Origin: Candidatus Hydrogenedentota bacterium
GTDB lineage: Bacteria > Hydrogenedentota > Hydrogenedentia > Hydrogenedentales > CAITNO01
Length of the DNA stretch: 41,786 nucleotides
Direction of reading: 5' to 3'
Assembly: GCA_035364055.1 (NCBI GenBank)
Contig: DAOSFV010000001.1
Location: forward strand, 1-41,786
Shown here: positions 34,151-40,100 of the stretch, one piece after another
Position numbering within the stretch: the stretch's first letter is position 1
Layout of the letters: every line of letters starts with the position of its first letter
Notes under the pieces: model-generated
The model's input: only the letters and a program-made list of their open reading frames with translations
Told to the model about the DNA's origin: nothing
The model's database searches: none
Made by a program: the position numbers and the translations under genes

Positions 34151-35107
34151 CTAGTTCACCGGCACGGCCCGCGCCGCGCGGGAGGCCGCCGGGGGCGCGG
34201 CCTTGGCCGCCACGGCGCCCCGGTAGGCGGCGATGCGCTGGTTCCAGGTGGTGTCGGCCACGCGCAGGGCGGTCTCGGGCGCGCGCGCCGTGGAGGCGGG
34301 CGCCGTGTCATAGCGGGCCGACGTCTCCTCCGGCATGGCGCGGTAGCTGACGCCCGCGTCCGCGGCCGTTTTGGCGCCCGGCGTCCTGCGGACGGCGCCG
34401 CGCGCCTCGGCGCGGCGGCCCGCCGCCGTCTTGGCGACCAGGGTGTTCGGGTCGGTGCCGTACTCGTAGAGGTAGACGGGGCCGTAGGCGCCGGTGCCCC
34501 GGTCCACCTCCTCCAGGTACACGTCGTAGCCCTCGCGGTAGTACATCATGGCGTCCAGCCAGTCGAAGGGCAGGCCCTCGGCGTAGTCCACCGCGCCCAT
34601 CACCAGGCCCTCGGAGAACCCGTCGTTGTACCCGTCCGACCAGCCCCCGTCCACGTACTCGGGGTGCTCGTCCGCGGCGAGGATGTCCGGCCAGGCGTTG
34701 GTGAAGCCGATGTCGTAGCCCTCGCTGAAGCCCACGGTGAACGCGTAGTCGTACTCCACGAAGTACCCGTCGTTGTAGGCGTACCAGACGCCGTCCCAGT
34801 AGCCCGCGTCGAACTCGGGGGCCTCGACCACCGGAATCTCCGAACCGCTGTAATAGATCGGGCCCGCATCCCGGGTGTAGTAGCCGTCGTCAAAGCCCAG
34901 CCAGTACTCCTCGTCCACCAGGAATCCCTCGTCAAAGCCCGCGTCGTAGGCCGTCTGGTCCCACTTCGGCGTCTCCGGCGTTTCCGGCGTGCCGGGGGTT
35001 TCCGGGGGATCCCCGCTCTCCGGGGGGCACCCCGCGAGCATCGCCGCCGCCGTCAGGACCGCCGCGGCCACCGCAGTGCGGGCGCTCCGGTTCCATTTCC
35101 TGTTCAT
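34151..35107 (-). CDS. Lipoprotein with acidic aromatic/Gly repeats
   Basis: The protein is 318 aa. AGGAGA lies 7 nt before the ATG. The lipobox is 'AAAMLAG|C'. A Pro/Glu/Thr linker 'PPETPGTPETPETP' follows. It has many '[DE]xG[FY]xxG[FY]'-like motifs: 'YDAGFDEGF', 'GFDDGYY', 'FDAGYWDGVWYAYNDGY', 'VGFSEGYDIGF' and 'GWSDGYNDGFSEG'. Confidence 0.75.
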   Translation of the reverse strand: MNRKWNRSARTAVAAAVLTAAAMLAGCPPESGDPPETPGTPETPETPKWDQTAYDAGFDEGFLVDEEYWLGFDDGYYTRDAGPIYYSGSEIPVVEAPEFDAGYWDGVWYAYNDGYFVEYDYAFTVGFSEGYDIGFTNAWPDILAADEHPEYVDGGWSDGYNDGFSEGLVMGAVDYAEGLPFDWLDAMMYYREGYDVYLEEVDRGTGAYGPVYLYEYGTDPNTLVAKTAAGRRAEARGAVRRTPGAKTAADAGVSYRAMPEETSARYDTAPASTARAPETALRVADTTWNQRIAAYRGAVAAKAAPPAASRAARAVPVN

Positions 35108-35167
35108 GACCCTGTCTCCTGTGAAGTCGGGTGTTGCGGTTTCAAGTGTGCCGGTGCGGGGCGGGCC

Positions 35168-37729
35168 TCAGCGGCCCCGGACCCCGCTTCGGGGCATGCT
35201 CACGCCCCGTCCCTGGGACGGCGCCGACACGGGGGCCCGTCCCGACGAGACCGACGGCGACGGGGACACCCCGCGCAGGGAGGAGGACCCGCCCGACGGG
35301 GCGCTGTTCCGGAGGGAGGGCGCGCCCAGGCCGGAGGATCCGGATCCGAACGAGCTGCGCGGCGCCGAACTGATCCCACGGGAGGAGGAGGACGGCGGGG
35401 CGGACGGGATGGGCGTCAGCTTGGGCGCCGAAACCGTTCCCCGGGAGGAGGAGGACGGCGGCCGCGACGGAATCGGCGCAAGGCGCGGCGTGGAACTCAT
35501 CCCCCGCGAGGAGGACGGCGGGGTGGACGGCGCCGGCGACGCCTCCCGGAAGGAGCTTGTCCCCCGGGCGGACGAGGGCGGCGCCGACTGGATCGGCGAG
35601 AGCCGGGGGGCCGACACGGTCCCCCGCGAGGACGACGACGGCGGGGTGACGGTCCGGGGGGCCGTCTGGCGCGGCGCGGTCACGCCGGTGGACCGGGTCG
35701 GCGACGGGGCCGTTCCGCCCGAATACGGCGTCAGGGAGCGCTGCGACGGGGCGGCCAGGGGCTTGGCGTCGCGGATGCCCGCGGACGGGGCCCCGGCGCG
35801 GCTGTCGGGAACCGTGCCCGACCGCAGGCCCGTGCGGGGTTCGGTCTTCCGGGGGGCCGCCGGTGTCGTCGGCTCCATGTCCTGCAGGGCGACCCGGCGC
35901 GTCGCGGGCTTGGTTTCCGCGGGGCGCGGCTCCGCGGCGGCGGCGGGGGTGCGGGTCTCGCGCAGGGCCACGGCGGGCTTGCGGGCCGCCTCGGCGTCTT
36001 CCACCGGGGCGGGCCGGGTGTCGGGGGCCGCCGGCCGGGCGCGCAGGTTGTCCGCCGTCCGCGCGGGCACCGGCGTGTCATTCGTCAGGGTGCGGGCGTT
36101 GCCGTCGGGGCGGCCGCGCAGGGCGCCTTCCGTCCTGTCCACGGCGGCGGGCTTGGTCTCCGGGCGCGTGTTCACGGCGCCCGCGTCGCCCGTGCGGGGG
36201 GGCATGCGCAGGGACTGGCGCGCCTCGGTGCTGGCCAGGCGCACGGACCGGGCCGGCCCGGCGGCGTTCGCCGAGGGGGCTTTGGACCGCTCATTGCGGA
36301 ACCCGGCGGCGGGCTGGGCGGCGAACTGGTCGCGGCGGAGGCCGGCTTCCAGGGTGCGCGCGCGGTCGGCCAGGCCGGCGCCCTTGCCTTCCAGGTCCGC
36401 GGGCACGCCGCGGATGGAGCGCTGGGGCGCGTAGTCGCGGACACGGAGGGTGCCGGTGTCCTCGGGGCGGTGCTGGGGCCGCGCGACGGGGCGCGGGCCG
36501 CCGCCGCCGCCGTGGCCGCCGCCGTAGTTGTTGACGGTGATGTTCCAGATGTTGACCTCCTGGACGGGGACGCCGGCGAAGCGGTTCGCGAAGACGGGGC
36601 TCACGCCGTACACGGGGGCGTACCCGGCGGTGAGGTAGGTGCCGGTCATGTAGCTGGTCGAGGCGAGGCAGAAGGTGAACCCGCCGACGCCGAAGGTGGC
36701 GGCGCCGCCGACGACCACGGGCCGCCCGTAGAAGTCCATGGGCGCCCAGAGGAAGGTGTCGCGGACGTAGACCGTGCTCACCCAGGCCGGGGCCCACACG
36801 GGGTCGTAGCACCACAGCCAGCCGTAGCCCGCGTTGAAGGTCCACCGGCCGTAGTGGGTGGTGACATAGGCGAAGGGGTAGGGCTCGACCCACACGTGCC
36901 CGTAGGCCGGCATGTGGTTCCAGTAGCCCACGCGGTAGGGCACGTAGTCCACCACGACGGTCGGCCGCCAGTAGGGCCGCCGGTCCACGTAGACCCACTC
37001 GCCATAGGGGGCCAGGTCGGCGGCGCCGATCACCGTGCCCGTCACGGGCACCGCCGTCGGGATGGTCTTCATGCCCCCCTCCAGCAGGCCCACCCGCTCC
37101 GTGTTCCACTGGTCAAAGGCGTCGCCCAGGGTGCGGTCGAACAGCAGCGGGTCCGACGGCAGCATGCCGGGGTCCACCCACACGCGCTGGCCGTCGGCGG
37201 CCGTGGTGTCCCCGCCCGAGGACGTGGTCACGCGGACGAAGCCCGAGCGCACGGTCACGACCGACGCGCCCGCCTCGTCTATGTCCACGCGGACCACCGA
37301 GGCGGGGGAGATGTCCACCGCGCACGCGGGCGTGGTGAACTGGAAGGTGCCCCGGCTCCGGTCGAGGCGCTGGATGTAGAACGAGCCGACCCAACCCCGG
37401 ACGTTGGCCGAGGGCGGCAGCGCCGCGATTTCGGCCTTGCTCCCGTCGGCCAGGCGCAGGAAGTTCAGGTCCGCCAGCTCCAGCTCCGTGGAGCCCTCGC
37501 GGTCCACCCACAGGGTGTCCCCGGGCGTCACCAGGGTGTTCACCGTGCCCTGGGTCCACTCGTCGGCCCCGGAGGCCCGCAGCAGAATCCCGCCGGAGTC
37601 AAAGCTGACCCGGGCGTGCATCTGGTATTCCTGGGCGTTCACGGCGGCCGGGACCGCGAAAACGGCCAGAAAAGCCGCCAAAGCCGCGGGGAGCCCCGCG
37701 CCGCGCCGTGTCGTGAAGTGTCTGTTCAT
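35168..37729 (-). CDS. FecR-domain / DUF6600-like protein with long Ser/Pro/Arg-rich repetitive C-terminus
   Basis: ORF 35168..37744. ATG 37729 lies 8 nt after GGAGG. The signal peptide is 'LPAALAAFLAVFAVPAAVNA'. A FecR-like beta segment reads 'GDTLWVDREGSTELELADLNFLRLADGSKAEI'. The Trp/Tyr-rich block reads 'YGEWVYVDRRPYWRP...YRVGYWNHMPAYGHVWVEPYPFAYVTTHYGRWTFNAGYGWLWCYDPVWAPAWV'. Confidence 0.8.
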   Translation of the reverse strand: MNRHFTTRRGAGLPAALAAFLAVFAVPAAVNAQEYQMHARVSFDSGGILLRASGADEWTQGTVNTLVTPGDTLWVDREGSTELELADLNFLRLADGSKAEIAALPPSANVRGWVGSFYIQRLDRSRGTFQFTTPACAVDISPASVVRVDIDEAGASVVTVRSGFVRVTTSSGGDTTAADGQRVWVDPGMLPSDPLLFDRTLGDAFDQWNTERVGLLEGGMKTIPTAVPVTGTVIGAADLAPYGEWVYVDRRPYWRPTVVVDYVPYRVGYWNHMPAYGHVWVEPYPFAYVTTHYGRWTFNAGYGWLWCYDPVWAPAWVSTVYVRDTFLWAPMDFYGRPVVVGGAATFGVGGFTFCLASTSYMTGTYLTAGYAPVYGVSPVFANRFAGVPVQEVNIWNITVNNYGGGHGGGGGPRPVARPQHRPEDTGTLRVRDYAPQRSIRGVPADLEGKGAGLADRARTLEAGLRRDQFAAQPAAGFRNERSKAPSANAAGPARSVRLASTEARQSLRMPPRTGDAGAVNTRPETKPAAVDRTEGALRGRPDGNARTLTNDTPVPARTADNLRARPAAPDTRPAPVEDAEAARKPAVALRETRTPAAAAEPRPAETKPATRRVALQDMEPTTPAAPRKTEPRTGLRSGTVPDSRAGAPSAGIRDAKPLAAPSQRSLTPYSGGTAPSPTRSTGVTAPRQTAPRTVTPPSSSSRGTVSAPRLSPIQSAPPSSARGTSSFREASPAPSTPPSSSRGMSSTPRLAPIPSRPPSSSSRGTVSAPKLTPIPSAPPSSSSRGISSAPRSSFGSGSSGLGAPSLRNSAPSGGSSSLRGVSPSPSVSSGRAPVSAPSQGRGVSMPRSGVRGR
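35354..35644 (-). repeat. Coding tandem repeat, ~60-63 bp unit x ~5
   Basis: It encodes 'PPSSSSRGTVSAPRLSPIQSA / PPSSARGTSSFREASPAPST / PPSSSRGMSSTPRLAPIPSR / PPSSSSRGTVSAPKLTPIPSA / PPSSSSRGISSAPRS...'. On the plus strand it appears as recurring GGGAGGAGGAGGACGGCGG blocks. Confidence 0.8.
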
Positions 37730-37828
37730 GGCTGATACCTCCAAGGATCCGTTCTTCGGAATCCGTTCAAATAGACGATCCGGACGGCGGGATTATTCAC
37801 GTCCCCGGGGCGCGGGGGCGGGGAAGGG

Positions 37829-38599
37829 TCAGTCTGCCCGGAGGACGTCCTCGAGCCAGGTGAACACCTCGCCCATGGCCTGGGGGTGCGCCGCGAAGAG
37901 GTCCGCCCCGGACGCCGTCCCCCGGTAGAGGCGGGCCTCGCAGAAGACCGGCGCGGCGGCCTTGAGCGCGCGCGCCGCCGCCGCCCCGAGGCCGTCGTTT
38001 TCCGCCGCCACAAAGAGGGCGGGGCAGTCTTTCAGGTCGCGGACCGCCCGCTCCGCGTCGAGCCCCCGCATCTCCAGAACGGGGGAGACGCCGACCACCG
38101 CGTGGACGGCGGGCTCGGCGAGGGCGTAGAGCAGCGCGAGGGAGGCGCCGAACTCCTCGCCCGCCACCGCGAGGGTTTCCGGGTCGGCGCCCGCCGCCAC
38201 CAGGGCCTCCCGCGCGGCGGCGAGATCGGCCAGGGCCGCGCGCCAGCCCGCCGGCCCCCGTTCCACCGCGTCGCGGTCCGGGCCTCGGGTGTCACCGTGG
38301 CCGCGCAGGTCCACGGCGGCGCACAGGTACCCGCGCACGGCGGCGGCTTCGGCGAACCCCTCCCAGACCCCGCGATCCCCGCCAAACCCGTGCACCAGCA
38401 GCAGGCCGGGGGGGTGCCCCTTCGCGGCACGCGGGTCCGGCGCGTGCAGCGTCCCCGCCACCGCCACGCCGTCCGCCGTCCGCAGGGCCAGCGGGGCGGG
38501 CTCCGGCGGGCCGGCGGGCGAGCACGCCGCATGCAGCCCGGCCAGGGCCAGGCAAAGCACTGCGGCGCCCGCGCGCCGGACAAGGGGGAAGGCGGTCAT
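37829..38599 (-). CDS. Alpha/beta-hydrolase fold protein (secreted), non-canonical nucleophile elbow
   Basis: ORF 37829..38731. ATG 38599 lies 8 nt after GGGAG. The signal peptide is 'AGAAVLCLALAGLHAAC'. 'PGLLLVHGFGGDRGVWEGF' is an oxyanion HG-type start. The elbow reads 'LAVAGEEFGASLAL'. The ORF part upstream of 38599 runs through the repeat arrays and is not coding. Confidence 0.75.
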   Translation of the reverse strand: MTAFPLVRRAGAAVLCLALAGLHAACSPAGPPEPAPLALRTADGVAVAGTLHAPDPRAAKGHPPGLLLVHGFGGDRGVWEGFAEAAAVRGYLCAAVDLRGHGDTRGPDRDAVERGPAGWRAALADLAAAREALVAAGADPETLAVAGEEFGASLALLYALAEPAVHAVVGVSPVLEMRGLDAERAVRDLKDCPALFVAAENDGLGAAAARALKAAAPVFCEARLYRGTASGADLFAAHPQAMGEVFTWLEDVLRAD

Positions 38600-38638
38600 G
38601 CAAGGGCTCCCAACGCGCCCCCCGCGGGCGCGTCGGAA

Positions 38639-38647
38639 AGTGTAGCA
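38639..38647 (-). promoter_or_regulatory. Candidate extended -10 element (TGC-TACACT, minus strand)
   Basis: The minus strand reads TGCTACACT, 39 nt upstream of ATG 38599. The 9-bp repeat array begins 13 nt further upstream and covers the -35 position. Confidence 0.3.
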
Positions 38648-38660
38648 CGATCCCCGGGGA

Positions 38661-38708
38661 ATGGACGAGATGGACGGGATGGACCGGATGGACGGGGGGA
38701 TGGCGGTT
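38661..38708. repeat. Tandem array of the same 9-bp unit as at 29029-29110
   Basis: The plus strand reads ATGGACGAG ATGGACGGG ATGGACCGG ATGGACGGG (38661-38696). A degenerate fifth unit ATGGCGGTT lies at 38700-38708. The minus strand reads GTCCAT-NNN four times toward the hydrolase gene. Confidence 0.85.
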
Positions 38709-38727
38709 CCGGCGCGCCGGAACCGCC
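38702..38727. repeat. 26-bp perfect GC-rich palindrome
   Basis: GGCGGTTCCGGCGCGCCGGAACCGCC equals its own reverse complement. It lies between repeat copy A and the 9-bp array. Confidence 0.9.
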
Positions 38728-38750
38728 GCACACCAGCCGGGACGGGGGCC

Positions 38751-38820
38751 CAAGAATCTCAAGTTTCAAATTTGAGAGAGGGGGCGCGGCGGAACGGGCG
38801 TCGTTGCGGGAGGGGGCGGC
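38751..38820. repeat. Direct repeat copy A (~70 bp) containing the AT-rich 21-bp palindrome (one mismatch)
   Basis: The sequence is CAAGAATCTCAAGTTTCAAATTTGAGAGAGGGGGCGCGGCGGAACGGGCGTCGTTGCGGGAGGGGGCGGC. The palindrome is at 38757-38777. By eye it aligns to copy B with four substitutions and two short indels. Confidence 0.85.
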
Positions 38821-38827
38821 GCGCCGC

Positions 38828-39748
38828 TTATTTTCTCCGCGCACTTGCGGGGGGCTGCCCCTGGTTCGGGTCGGGATACAGCAGGTCCTCGTCGTGACGG
38901 CGGCCGGGTTCCAGGAAGAAGATGACCCGCAGGCTGTCCATGGCAAAGAAGCTTCCGTAGTTGGCGATGCACACGCGGTGTTCCGTGCCGTCGGCCAGCA
39001 CCGCCACCGCCGCCGTGTGGCCTTTCCACGGCTCGAACAGCTCCACGCGGAACGCCAGATTGTCCGTGAGGCGCCGCAGGTCCTCCCCCGTCACTTCCCG
39101 GCCTGTGGCAACAGTCCGCACCTCATCGAAGGTGTATTGCCGGAACGGGGGGGCTTGCTCGGGCTCCCCTCTCCAGATCTGATGGTACGCGTCCTGCTTT
39201 CCGCTGGCGAAGAAGCCGTCGTACACGACCAGACTCCGCACGTCGCGCAGAAACGATTCGGCCCGCCGCAGTTCGGCGTTCTCCTGCGCCCGGCTCCATC
39301 CCATGAGGGCGGCCTCGGCCGCAAGCAGCAGGAGCAGCATGTACCACCGCAGCCGGGGAACGAAGACGGCGGTCACGACCACCAGTGTGAACACCGCGCA
39401 CCCCGCCGCCACAGGAGCCGAAAAATCGTTCGGAAGCGCGAGTTCAGCCGTGCCCAGGGTGAAGTAGAAGGCGGGGGAGAACACCGTCCAGACCGTCATC
39501 GCAGCGAGCGAAAGGACCAGCAGAAGAGGCAGGGGTCGGCGCCGCAGAAGATAGACGCAGACCACCGCCGCAATCACCACCGGCGGCACCACCAGAACCG
39601 GCAGGATGATGATGGCGCTGGCGCGCAGAGACATGGGAACGAACATCAGCAGGACGAGCAGCAGCCAAATATAACACCCCGCCGCGGCGAAGAACCGCCG
39701 CCAGGGCGTCATGGACGCCGTCGGCGCCGGCCGCTCATCCTGTTCCAT
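38828..39748 (-). CDS. Orphan polytopic membrane protein with soluble C-terminal domain
   Basis: ORF 38828..39823. Its first 25 codons run through repeat copy B, so the start is more likely ATG 39748 or ATG 39712. There are ~5 hydrophobic helices, including 'YIWLLLVLLMFVPM', 'IIILPVLVVPPVVIAAVVCVYLL', 'LLLVLSLAAMTVWTVF', 'AAGCAVFTLVVVTAVFV' and 'YMLLLLLAAEAAL'. A ~170-aa soluble domain follows. I recognise no family. Confidence 0.6.
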   Translation of the reverse strand: MEQDERPAPTASMTPWRRFFAAAGCYIWLLLVLLMFVPMSLRASAIIILPVLVVPPVVIAAVVCVYLLRRRPLPLLLVLSLAAMTVWTVFSPAFYFTLGTAELALPNDFSAPVAAGCAVFTLVVVTAVFVPRLRWYMLLLLLAAEAALMGWSRAQENAELRRAESFLRDVRSLVVYDGFFASGKQDAYHQIWRGEPEQAPPFRQYTFDEVRTVATGREVTGEDLRRLTDNLAFRVELFEPWKGHTAAVAVLADGTEHRVCIANYGSFFAMDSLRVIFFLEPGRRHDEDLLYPDPNQGQPPASARRK

Positions 39749-39773
39749 GCCGCATTGCCCCGATTCTTCCCGC

Positions 39774-39802
39774 AACATACCACGATTCGCGCGGGCCTTC
39801 AA
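39774..39802 (-). promoter_or_regulatory. Candidate sigma70 promoter (TTGAAG-N17-TATGTT, minus strand)
   Basis: On the minus strand, TTGAAG spans 39802..39797 and TATGTT spans 39779..39774. It is 25 nt upstream of ATG 39748. Palindrome copy B lies 15 nt upstream of the -35. Confidence 0.35.
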
Positions 39803-39811
39803 GCCGCGCGG

Positions 39812-39880
39812 CCAGAATCTCAAATTTCAAATTTGAGAGGGGGCGCGGCGGAGCGGGCGTCGTTGCGGGAGGGTGGCGGG
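39812..39880. repeat. Direct repeat copy B (~69 bp) containing the perfect 21-bp palindrome
   Basis: The sequence is CCAGAATCTCAAATTTCAAATTTGAGAGGGGGCGCGGCGGAGCGGGCGTCGTTGCGGGAGGGTGGCGGG. The palindrome TCTCAAATTT-C-AAATTTGAGA is at 39818-39838. It has the same orientation as copy A. Confidence 0.85.
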
Positions 39881-39985
39881 GTGAAACGCAGGGAATGCCC
39901 GTGCGCTCACCAGTTCTGCGGACGCCGATTTCCTGCGGGGCGTTTCGGAACCGAACCGCGTTCTCCCCGGGCCCGTTGCCGTGCC

Positions 39986-40006
39986 TCTCAAATTTCAAAT
40001 TTGAGA
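39986..40006. repeat. Third copy of the perfect 21-bp palindrome (flank only partly related)
   Basis: TCTCAAATTTCAAATTTGAGA lies at 39986-40006. It is followed by TTGGGTGCGGCGG, which resembles the GGGGCGCGGCGG that follows copies A and B. It lies ~95 nt beyond the stop of the HEAT/DUF1080 gene. Confidence 0.85.
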
Positions 40007-40100
40007 TTGGGTGCGGCGGCGTGTCCGCAGGCGCGGCGGGCCGCCGGCGCTCTTAAGAACCGCCCGCGTGCCCGACGTCCCAGGCTGTTCGCGCTTCGCC

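Noticed and set aside
38751-39880. Integron gene cassette with attC sites, given an ORF bracketed by similar, same-orientation, palindrome-containing repeats.
   Set aside because: I could not find the R''/R' core sites (RYYYAAC ... GTTRRRY) on either strand. Only 21 bp of each ~70-bp repeat is palindromic, rather than the whole element. No intI is in the window. I keep it only as one hypothesis to test genome-wide.
38751-40006. Insertion sequence, transposon or MITE delimited by the repeats.
   Set aside because: The flanking repeats are direct, not inverted. No transposase is present. No target-site duplication is evident by eye. Mobility therefore remains unproven.
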